The position numbers and the translations under genes were made by a program. Positions 22,901 to 33,623 of a stretch of DNA of 64,000 nt are shown here, in pieces (position 1 is the stretch's first letter; the number at the start of each line of letters is the position of its first letter). Source of the DNA: Tubiluchus corallicola (lineage: Eukaryota; Animalia; Priapulida). Under the pieces are notes generated by a model. It did not search any database. It saw only the letters and a program-made list of their open reading frames with translations, and had not been told where the DNA came from. The stretch is taken from contig JAQGDQ010000929.1 of NCBI GenBank assembly GCA_030141605.1, forward strand, positions 1 to 64,000, given 5' to 3'.

Positions 22901-25900
22901 ATGTCTCCCAGGCATTTGGTTCACTGATCTCGTTTCAGGATGAGGTACTCAAACCATGGCGTCTTGCCCACCGATAGCTCTGGTTCAAACCATCCAGGAG
23001 CTATTAAAACTACCCTGGTGGCAAGTATCGACAACAGAACAGTATTTATAGCTATTTTATGTGATTCACTTATGCATTTTTGATTAAGAATATCAGTACT
23101 TCTTTTACAAATTATTATTACCAGACGAATTAAAATGAAGAAAACATAATTATATGACATTATTGTTGAAAATTAGTTTAAGTAAAAAATTGTTTAGTTA
23201 AAGCTCTTAAGTAATGAATGTGTTAGCATGGATGTAGAGGCGGTGCCTCATTGCAAATAGTTTACTGAACAAGCTTACCTGGATGACGGAGATATGTAAC
23301 AAGATTGCCATCATGCCTAAGACGGGCAACATCATCTGACGAGCTACTTTTCGCCCGTAAATTCAGTTCAAATGAGTAAGTACCTATAACAGGTGCAGTA
23401 AATTTTCCTGTGAAGCAAAAAACCAAATTAATGTTTATGTCTTTATCTAACGTTTCTAAATTTAATAAAAAGCATCCAAAAGTTAATCCAAAAGTTAGTC
23501 CAAAGGTGCACACATGTGATCTTTGTTTTTTTATTGTGTAACGTAATGTAAAATTTATTCATACTACGTACTATGGTACATAAAATTTTAGCGCTGAAGA
23601 AAAAAATGCATTTAGAAATCAAAATATTGAACTGCTGTCAATATCATTTCTGTTGATATCATTTCTGTTTGTGATACAATTTAAAAGCTTTAACATTTGG
23701 AAAATTAAAATTGTTGTTTTATAAAAATTCTAAGATTCAAACATGCTGAACTAAGATCAATCATGCTGTCTATATTTAAAACATAGTAAGTCAATGGACT
23801 GGGGTTCCATGATTTACAGTTAGGGCTCCCCATGCATGCACGCATCAAAACACACACATACACACACACACACACACACAGTGTGCGGGCGTGTAAGCAT
23901 GTATGTTCTGTTAATTTACAGCATTCTCAAATCAAAACCCTATTGAAGCTCTTAGTAGGCTGAAACTCGTCTAGAACGATAATAAAAATTAAAAAAATGC
24001 TAGAGAAATCTTATCATGCCAAAAATACAAGCAGTTGTTTTGTATTCTGTCTGCTTTCATTAAGTATAACGTTATTTTACAATTATATGAAAGTAACAAT
24101 GTTCTAGGGAGGATCAGTGCACCCACATCTGAGACGCTGTTTCCTTGTAACTTTGTTATTGTTCCAATAAAACCTTTTTTGAGACAGAAAATAGGGAGTA
24201 ATGATAATAAATACAACAGATTATCAGAATTCCACACAGTTATAGCAGGGAATGTGAGGTGAGTTTTTCCTGTGGGGTTTTCCAATAAATCCTGCTAGGA
24301 CGTTAATGTTGCGTGGAATGAAATGTCAGCCAGACAATTTCAATAATGTTTAGATGTTATGATGATAGAAGCAAATATTGTATTATTTTCTTGTTGGGAC
24401 GCATTGTTAACTTATAGCAAATCACATACCCGTGGACGACGAATATACGTTTCCATGATTTACGTTTGTCTTGGTAAATTTTATAATTTCTCCTGTGCTT
24501 CCAGTCTCGTTTTGTGGCGTCGTAACAGAGAAAGCAAAAGCTGAAATGAAAATATTACTTGTCATCATTATCATCACGAGCTGGTCAATATTATTATGTA
24601 ATCACAGTCAAAGATGTTTCCACAATTATCACCATCCTTTCCATAATCCAGGTTTTTCTACGAACAGTTTCACTCTGTCGAGTTGCTCACATCAACCCTC
24701 AGTGACTCATGCCTGCAATTCCGGATATTGCTAGATTTGTTCATAACATGCATTGAAAGTGAAGCACAAAGGGGAAAGTAAAACATATTAGCCAACCCAA
24801 TTCAGAGACTTAGAGACCCTTTGCATGATAAGGAAGTAAGACAGCAAAAGCTTGTTGCACTAGAGAGAATTAAAAATGGATTTGCGAAAATGAAAACATA
24901 AATTATAGTAATCAGATTGTAAGCTAAGAAAAGGGTTAACACAAACTTTTGAGTTGTAGTTTTTTAGTGGATACTTTCTGAAGCATTACTGAATAATCGA
25001 GGTACCCCCACGAGACCTTCAAAACAACAAGACTAGTGACACTAAAACTCTTATAGATAACAAACTGATGTGAAAATAAGAATAATAAAAATTATCTCAA
25101 GGAAGAATTACTCATTTGGATATTGATGATTTGTGAAAGATCAGTGCACTGGCTTCATTTAAAATCAAAGGTAAATATTAAAAAATTCTACATATTCAGT
25201 GATGATAAAAGTATCAGATTCTATATAGAGAAACATAAAACTTACTCTTCACTTCTACATCTGTTATGCTTGACGTGACTGAGCCAAGAGCGTTTGTTGC
25301 CACACACTGGTATTCTCCATCATCCCGAGACTTTACAATGGATCTTTTAAGAACATCACCTGTGTCAGGTAAAATATTGCGATCCAGTTTCCAGGTGAAG
25401 GTTGGTGGTGGATTAGCATCAGCTTCACATTTCAGCTCCAATGTTGATAACATTACAATCTCTGAACTTCCAGTAATAATGCTCAGATTTGCAGTGCGTG
25501 GTTTGTCTAATAAAAATGTACCATAAAATTTTACTCAGGATATTAAACACAGAGCTTTACATAAAAACACGTATATAGAGTCTTATATGAAAAACAGGTA
25601 CTTCTACTCAAACGTTTTTTAACTGCACATTAAAAACTCTCCTACGTTTGAAGTGCAAAACCAATACATTTTATTATGCGATACCATATATTAAAAAGCC
25701 ATGCATATATAAATACCCATTTCAGAATACTCACCTAATGTCAACATAACAACTCATTTTATTAACTAATGTTTGTCAGTAGAGTAAAGTCAGCTACATC
25801 AGTAGAGTTATATCAGTAAAGTCTACAGTCTTTGCTAACTTCATTTATCCAAGTGCTCACAAATTATTATTTTAACCACCCATATCATAAGCTTAGCCAG

Positions 25901-28900
25901 GAATGAAGTTATTAAGTCTCTTGTTTGTTGAGGGATTATATCTTTAAAAGTCAACAACCCAGGCTAGTATAACCAGGCGAGTGAAATGGTTGAAACAGTT
26001 TTTCCCCGAGTCACAGCAAATTCAAACGTTTTATGTTTAATTTGTAGCTAATGTATAGATTTAGAGAGTACTTTTATAGAACAAAACTGTGTAGTGATAA
26101 ATAGAGAAATTAGTTCTGACAATTCTGACTGTAACTCAATATCACGTCTAACAAATAACAAATGTTGTAAATAAGTAATTGCACCACCATCTTCTTTCTT
26201 CTTTGTTTTTCCATTCTTTGCTTTTATTTATATCTAGCTAGGAACTACAATGAAGATTGACAAAATACTAATAATGCTTTTCGTGAACCTTTATACACAA
26301 AACTCCTACATTTTAAGAGCAAATATAAAATAACTAGAACTTGTTTAAGTTTGCAACATGGTGCAGAAAAGCATTGTGTCTATTTTACGTGCTCGTAACA
26401 ACTACATTTTCCCCATAAGCAATTTTCCCAGTTCTAAAATTTCGCTGTACCAAAAATTTCTAACAGCAAATTTTCTTCACGCCAAAAAAATTATTTGCAT
26501 CACATTTATCAAAAACCAAACTCACTAAAATACCACATTTTTCTACTTTTTTTAGTTTGTTTAAATGCTGTATGAAAGTTTGTGAAAATGTGTGTTACGT
26601 CATCTGGGCTGATCTCTGCAGCACTTTCTATTATTGTAAACCCAAAATGAAATCTGAGCTTATACATATCTCCCCCCATTGCTCCTTCACACGCAAGTCA
26701 TTTAAGTCATCCTGGTTGTTCAGAATAACCTAGGTTTTGGCTCGCCACTTGTTACACTAATTTAATATAGATTTGTTAAGCTTAATTAAGAACAATTAAG
26801 TACAATATATAAATAAAAGCTCCTCCTTATTAATGGTGCTTGTATATCGTTATAAATCTATGTGAACAACATATTGCCCTGTCTTTATCTAATTCAAGCA
26901 CTGCAGTAAAGAAATGCTACTGATCCAGATGTCTATGAACTGTGAAAAGACAGAATTCTTCTTCATTAATAAGGCTATAATTCTTATAAGAAACTAGGGT
27001 TAGCGTTAAGGAAGAACTGCTACTGATCCAGATGTCTATGGACTGTGAAAAGACAGAATTCTTCTTCATTAATAAGGCAATAATTCTTATAAGAAACTAG
27101 GGTTAGGGTTAAGAAAGAACTGCTACTTATCCTGATGTCTATGGACTGTGACAAGACAAAATTCTTCTTCATTAATAAGGCTATAATTCTTATAAGAAAC
27201 TAGGGTTAGGGTTAAGAAAGAACTGCTACTTATCCAGATGTCTATGGACTGTGACAAGACAGAATTCTTCTTCATTAATAAGGCTATAATTCTTATAAGA
27301 AACTAGGCAGCGTGAGAGGTATCACAACCACATCTTGATGAGAATTGTTCATACATCCCTTCACAGCAGAAAGCAGCTAGAATGAGCATAGCGAATGAAA
27401 CCACTAAAACCAGCTGGTTTCTAACACTGGTGCTTCATCACCCATCCAGCAGCAAACATGCACAAGGCCAAATTTGTACACGTCAAATATAAAACATTTT
27501 ATAAAAGTTTCTAGATTACTTACAAAGAACATTTAGAGAAATATCCGGAATAGAAACATTCAGGGTACGATCTGTTAGGTAACATCTGATGATCTTTCCA
27601 TTGTCACCCTCCGTGCCAGGTGAAAATACATGTCTCAACGTGCTAGTTGAGGTCACAAGTTGTGTTGTGCTATTAGTCAAGTTTTCTTGGCCAGCAGAAG
27701 ACGTTATGTCTTTTTTACCTAATTGACGTAAAAGAAGCAAAATAATAACATTAATGTTGGCAGTAGATTATTAGTCAATTTGACTTCTGACAGGACTAGA
27801 AAAATTCAGCTAAACATTTTAGGTCTGACTGGCTAGAAAATTCAGCGAATTATTCTAATTCTGACAGGGTTAGAAAATTCAGCGAATTATTCTAATTCTG
27901 ACAGGGTTAGAAAATTCAGCGAATTATTCTAATTCTGACAGGGCTCAAAAAGTTAGATAAACATTCTAAGTCTGACAGGGCTAGAAAATTCAGCTAATTA
28001 TTCTAATTATGACAGGGTTAGAAAATTCAGCGAATTATTCTAATTCTGACAGGGCTCAAAAAGTTAGATAAACATTCTAAGTCTGACAGGGCTAGAAAAT
28101 TCAGTTAATTATTCTAATTCTGACAAGACTCAAAAAGTTAGATAAACATTTTAAGTTTAACAGAAAATTCAATTAAACATTGACAACTTGTAATATCATC
28201 GTGTATCATCATGTATCATCGTGTATTGAGCCTCTCGCCTTATGTCTCCCATATGTTATAAATGACAAAAATGCACACACATTTGACACACTGCTTTGAG
28301 TCTCTTTCTTGACAGCCAATATGAAATCTTCCTTACTACTGGTGGTTATTTAAACTATAGTCTTATAAGGCTGTGAATTCCCTTGACAGCATCACTACTA
28401 AGATTTCTGTAAACTAGGGTTTCGATGGAACCGCAAAAAAATTATATGATTAAAGACAAAATTTCATAAGCTTCCTAAGTGTCTCTAATGCAATAAATCT
28501 TATTTCATTCTCGCTTGCAACAATCACTAAAATTTCAGGTTACCAGGTGTGCGTAAGAAAAGACATTGCAGGTGACAGATTGTAAGTGAATTTTGTTGAC
28601 TGTTTCAGCTACAGTTAATTTAACATTAATGTTGATAGTTATTTTGCTGTAGTTGATACTAATGCAAAGAATAGGCAGAATTGTTCTACCTTCAGAACCA
28701 TCATAAACGATATGCCTACATGAGTGCTCTAAGAATGGTAATAAGACGTCAGTGCTTAGGTGTGCATTATAAGAGCATGCTAAAGATCAAACAGAAAATG
28801 CCTCTGCAGATAAGAAAGTGAATTGATAATTGTTAAGTAACTGATGAGACAATGCCAGTCTCACTATGCACTGAACGACAACTTTAATTTTTTAAATCTT

Positions 28901-31900
28901 TTGTTTCTTTTTGACAGCTTTTTACATTATGAGCCTTTTCTCAGTTTCATAGTCTTCATATGCAGTTGCTGTAGGTCAAAGGTTAAGTGTACCACTGCTG
29001 TACAACTGTCATATCTACAGCAGTCAGGTGATGTGTGGGTAATGCAAATCCGTCTGTCGTGTCAGTTTAGTACCTTTAGTTATTTCACCTGGCAAGATCT
29101 TGCTTGAGAACAAGAAAAATGAATTAGGTAAGGTTCTAGTTAGCTGTTAAAACGTTTACTACAGTATTAACATAACATGGACTGCGAGATGTTGTCAAGT
29201 GTACACAAATGCGTTGTCTGGTATACTCATCCTTTGACGTTTTCATAATCATCATCAATCATTGAAACTGTGAAAAGGCTTATTAATTTCAAACAATGAC
29301 GAGTATTTGTATTTGTGTGTGTGGGGGCGGAGGGTGTGATGCATACATGCGTGCATCTGAGTATTTTCAAAATTTGTTTATGAAATATGCAAGTTTTAAT
29401 TGCTAAACGAAACCAAATTGATAACTAGGACAGTCTCAATCATTTTAAAAACCAAATAAATTCAGAGCAATTAGTTATTCTCTGCCTCCAGTGCACGTGA
29501 TAAAAATAATGACTCCGAAATTGTTTTGATTATCATAATTGCAAAAAGTTTGGCGGCTAAAAATGGCTGATAAGTTTCTGTCTTCTTGCTTTTCCCCTCC
29601 TAATATATTTTTGCCTTAAAAAAATCCTAGCACAAGTATTCAAAAACCATCATCTCAACTGTAATGTACATTTGTATCAGAGAAATCAAAGAAAGTTTGT
29701 GTTTGCAATTCTATTAACTCATTTCAAATAATTGTAGTAAACTGATCCTGTACAGTATAAAATACAACAACCAGCTAACGAAAAATAAAGTCACAATTGA
29801 CTAGAGGGAATTCCTGACATGTTTCTGTGAATTTTAGTAATTTTTGCCTTTTATAAACAAGGACAAAGGTTTCTGATTTGACTAGTTTGTGAGAATACCA
29901 GAAATATAACAGTAAATAAGTGATATAGGACAATGCTGAACATAATTCACTTACCCAAGTACCACTTAATTTCAGGAGTTGGATTGACCTCTGCAATGAC
30001 ACATTTGAATATTTCATCTGGACTGCTGGCCCTGACAGTGACCTGATTCGTCAATATTTCTTCGTCATTTAACAGCATCTTTACTTCCTTTGGTTTTACT
30101 GTTAAACAAGAAAAATAAAATATAAATATAAGATTATAATAAATCAAAATAAATTAATTGAAGGTGGGTTAATTAACGTCAAATTGTAATTTGTTCAATG
30201 TGAACGACCATTTTAGCATCAACCCAATTTTTAATGCACAAAAATTATGAATTTCACTTTTTGATAAGATATGCATGATACTATCATTACCAAAATACTA
30301 GACAACAAACTGACTGATTTCTTTTGATTAATATTTACCAATGAAAATGGCATTTGTTCCAAACAATTATTTGCATTGAATAAACAACATGTTGGAACAG
30401 AAGCTATTTAATGTAAATTTGACATTAAGTATATGCATACATAGCTGCATTTTATGAATGCAGAAATATGTACATTGTAAAATCAAAAATCTGAATAACA
30501 TTAGCATCTAACCAATTCTGTGTTTCTTAGAGCCCAATGTGAATTAGTGACTTGAGGAAAGATTTATGATTTTAGTTTTAAAATTTATCAAGTATTTCAT
30601 ATAAAGACTGCAAGCTGATCTTCAAAATGAGGCAGGGATTAACCATAAATGTGAATACTATTAAAAATATTTCTAGCTAAAATTTAGCACTTAATTTCTT
30701 ACATTTATTTTGTGCATTTTATGTTAACCAAATTAGTCATAATTTACCATCTTGATTCTTGATAATTTATCAAAAATGCAAACCTGATTAATAATGTTAG
30801 GAATCTTCATATGCCCAATGTGAATGTCCACTATTGACATAAAGAGTAATCGTCATGACCTTTCATACATTCTACAAAATATGTCTACTATCTACAATAT
30901 TATCTTACCAGTTACAGTTAGTTTTGCTGGATCAGAATTTCGCACAAGGTCAGGTAATTTCCATAACTGGCACATGTAGGTTCCATCATCTAAGACACTG
31001 ACATCATTAATTCGAATACTGTGTAATCCTTGTAACTGTGGGTTGTAGCTGTACTTGTAAGATATTCTTCCAGTAATAGGAAGAACTTTCTCATCTTTGA
31101 ACCAGGTAACTTTGTAACCCTGCACAGGTACCAGAGTCATGTTGATTCTGCATTCAAATTCTGCTGTTAAACCTTGCAATACTTGCGTACTGGAAGGCTG
31201 CATAGTGAAATATTCACTTGCACCTGTAAATAACGGGAACAATAATATTAGTACTAGCAAAGGCCACGAAAAAGATTTTGCGTATAAATACACGTGTAAT
31301 CAATAATACGCAAACGTCCTACCAAGTCCTCATTTATAACACAAAGCCCGTAACATCCTGCCTACTTACCTGTAGCAGCGTTTACTCGTGCCTACTGTAT
31401 GTTTAACTAACGCAAAGCCAGCAGGCAGCTTTTTGCTGAATTAAAGCTATAAGCAAAAATGGATGACGTCAGAAAAATGGAATGCGGTCAGCACAGTTTT
31501 CTAAGCGAAAATTGTCGAAATTTGCGGAAAATTGAACATCTAATTAACTCGTTGATACTCCTCTCGGTGGACCTGCCCTAAAATATAGCCCACATCATCG
31601 TGTAGCCCTGTCCTTCCTCTCTGTAAAGAGCCCCATATCTCCTTCCGAGAGTCCCACCGGGCGACGCTAGAACGTTTTTCCCGCATGCTGTTTGGTCAAA
31701 ATTTCGAAAAAATCGCGAGTTGGGTCCGGGAAAACGCCCGTTGCGGGGCGCCCTGGCCCTCTCGGGAATTATAAATATGCCTACTACACCCACCGCTGAA
31801 CTGGCTAGCTATCCATACCCAGTACCCCCCTCGGCCCGTTCCCGTTCTCTAGATCTCAGCCGTATAACTTTTGCAATTTTTTGCAAAAAACGGCCGTTCC

Positions 31901-33623
31901 GCCCGGTGGGCCCGATTCGAAAAATAAACCATCAATGGCATGACACTAGATCGAGACCTTTCGTTTGATATATAGATCGCCGCAAATGGTGGCTTCGTCC
32001 GGGCTGTAGCCTCGAATCTTATATATATATATATAAATATACCAAGAATATTAATATAAAAGTATAGATTCAGTGCTAAATTCAGAAGTCATCCTAAAAT
32101 TATGCAGGCATAGAAATTGTTTTTTGTTAATTATCCCTAGACTCAAATTAATGGATTGCAACGCCACAGATAGTTATCTCGGAAAGAAATTGAAAACATG
32201 AAAATTTTGAAAAAATGTTTTGAGAGGAGTAAGTGCTTCCCTCTTAACGCAGCGATGTAATTAGTGGATAAAAGGTTGGCAATACAGCATAATTATAAAT
32301 ATTCACCGTCATCTTACAAAAGCCAACGTCTTCTGAAACATTGACGTCATCAATTCTAATACTGTAAAAACTGTCTCTGTTTGGTTGTTGTCTTTCGATT
32401 TTTGAACCTGATGATCGGCAGCTACTTCTTCGATGTTGTAATACCTGACATTGGCCTACGTCACATATACATATATATATATATGGCAAATTTATAGTTT
32501 ACCTGTTGTAGATCTGTTACTTGCAGACGATGACATTTCTAATGATGGTGAGAATACTGAAGCTGATTCCTTAGGAACTTCTTTTGACACTTGGTAAAAG
32601 GTGCTGATGAGACAGTAGCTGATGTTTATTTATCCGAGTGGCTCAGGTCAAGATGTTCACTTGTTGCTGCTAAAGAAAAACAAGTAAAAATTACAAGAAA
32701 AAAGTTACATGGGGTACAACTAGAACTTTTTGACAGCGTTCTGTACCACTGCTGCAATTTACAAAAAGATTGCAGTTATGTGACGTTATGTATCGAAAAG
32801 TGATATTATTTGAATTTCTGCTATGCGCTAATAACTTGATATTATCTTTTTACATTTTATCAGTATGTTACTCTAGTCACAATCATTTTTAATTCATGTT
32901 TCAGTGTTTTGTTTGGAGCGGGACTACAATCATCACTTAGTCTTTACACCAAGCACTAGTCTAACATACCTTGGTCTACCTAATCTAGGCACAAGACTCA
33001 TTCTGCTGCAAGTGAAAATTCGGAAGATTTAAATTAAAGAAAATTTGCAGAATGATGCAAAATTTAAAACACATTTGCATCGGTGCCAAATTAGCAGTGC
33101 ACACAAAGTTTCTGCCATCATTGTTGCTGATGATATTGTTGTTGATGATTATGATGATAATGTTAATGATAATTATAATGTTAATGATTATTTACATTTA
33201 TAACTAATGAAATAAAAAATTTCATAGCAAAACTTAAAAAATAAAAAAAATCATTTTAGAATATGGAGTAAAGGATGTGGAAAAAAGAAACTCCTAGTCA
33301 ATGGATTAAAAAATAATAGTAGCCAAAAAATACTTTCTTCAAATTTTTGGCAATGCACCTTTAACTGTTTTTATTAATTAGAAAATAATTTGAAAAATAA
33401 CGACAATAATTCTTCTGTGAAAATTCATAAACAGTAAACAATAAAAAATTAGTTTCAGTTATCATTCAACTATTATTCTGTATATTGTTCTAATCTATAA
33501 GTAGTCATGAGACAAAAAAGGAAGTTTTTAAAGAAACCAATAAAAATCTTTTTTTAACTTACCGTTTATTGCAAACACCATTTGAATGGCTTTTTCGTTG
33601 TGAATTACGTGTTTGCTACACAT
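19769..33623 (-). CDS. Secreted Ig(V)-Ig(C2)-Ig(I)-gC1q protein, copy A (~454-464 aa; 5' exon uncertain)
   Basis: Exons 33623-33563 (tentative), 31223(or 31253)-30909, 30098-29955, 27718-27524, 25506-25246, 24540-24430, 23407-23279 and 19917-19769. Exon 3-7 lengths (144/195/261/111/129) and phases match copy B, and there are no stops from exon 2 to TAG. Confidence 0.8.
23279..23407 (-). CDS. Copy A exon 7: gC1q middle part
   Basis: GKFTAPVIGTYSFELNLRAKSSSSDDVARLRHDGNLVTYLRHP; 129 nt. Confidence 0.88.
24430..24540 (-). CDS. Copy A exon 6: gC1q N-terminal part
   Basis: TFAFSVTTPQNETGSTGEIIKFTKTNVNHGNVYSSST; 111 nt; catttcag / gtatgt. Confidence 0.87.
25246..25506 (-). CDS. Copy A exon 5: I-set Ig domain
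   Basis: LKCEADANPPPTFTWK...DDGEYQCVATNALGS; 261 nt. Confidence 0.92.
26908..27307. repeat. 103-bp tandem repeat (~4 copies) with TAGGGTTAGGG junctions, copy A intron 4
   Basis: Period 103 (26921, 27024, 27127, 27230); single-copy homolog in copy B at ~8745-8835. Confidence 0.9.
27524..27718 (-). CDS. Copy A exon 4: C-half of C2 Ig domain
   Basis: GKKDIT...TSTSTLRH...DNGKIIRCY...SLNVL; 195 nt. Confidence 0.88.
27787..28160. repeat. 37-bp minisatellite (~10 copies), paralogous array in copy A intron 3
   Basis: Same unit family at the equivalent position. Confidence 0.93.
29955..30098 (-). CDS. Copy A exon 3: N-half of C2 Ig domain
   Basis: VKPKEVKM...FKCVIAEVNPTPEIKWYLG; 144 nt; canonical sites. 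Confidence 0.88.
30909..31223 (-). CDS. Copy A exon 2: V-set Ig domain
   Basis: GLTAEFEC...VTWFKD...HSIRINDV..LDDGTYMC...AKLTV; tttacag / gtaaga; alternative in-frame acceptor 30 nt upstream (exon start 31253). Confidence 0.9.
31254..32068 (-). mobile_element. Non-autonomous Helitron-like element (~815 bp)
   Basis: The minus strand starts A|TCTATACT...(TA)n and ends ...CTTTGCTAG|T, so it sits between A and T with no TSD. An imperfect hairpin (acgcaaaa-tc-tttttcgt) lies 12 nt before the end, and the body is GC/CpG-rich, unlike its flanks. Confidence 0.7.
32280..32400 (-). pseudogene. Decayed V-set Ig exon fragment
   Basis: SFYSIRIDDVNVSED, then frameshifted DDGEYL*; the DNA aligns to the copy A V exon (acagtatt.gaatt.atga.gtca.tgt). 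Confidence 0.7.
32503..32669 (-). pseudogene. Candidate decayed Ser/Thr-rich exon
   Basis: Strong acceptor (tttttctttag) and phase-1 donor (ACA G|gtaaac). The 3' frame reads QVSKEVPKESASVFSPSLEMSSSASNRSTT; the 5' part has a stop and a frameshift. Confidence 0.35.
33563..33623 (-). CDS. Copy A candidate exon 1 (leader MCSKHVIHNEKAIQMVFAIN)
   Basis: The 3' end aligns with copy B exon 1 (AIQMVFAIN-G vs AILLIFAVN-G), with the same phase-1 gtaagt donor. Hydrophobicity is weakened; there is a second ATG at 33581. Confidence 0.5.

Larger units (their letters stand above)
357..30120. repeat. Tandem segmental duplication: ~357-11170 vs ~19918-30120
   Basis: Intron and exon DNA is colinear and alignable by eye (e.g. 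481-620 vs 20045-20185, about 6 mismatches in 140 nt). Copy-specific indels include B-only ~3108-4865 and ~5895-6280. Intron similarity is not evident upstream of exon 3. Confidence 0.92.

Noticed and set aside
22921-23160. Hydrophobic ORF as a possible transmembrane exon
   Set aside because: The paralogous region in copy B has an in-frame TGA, no clear splice sites were found, and it lies inside the C1q domain intron.
31224-31293. Single-exon signal peptide starting at the ORF-track 'M' (MYLYAKSFSWPLLVL...)
   Set aside because: The start is GTG with an in-frame TGA just upstream, and the 5' part lies inside the Helitron end. Only the last 30 nt may be exonic.
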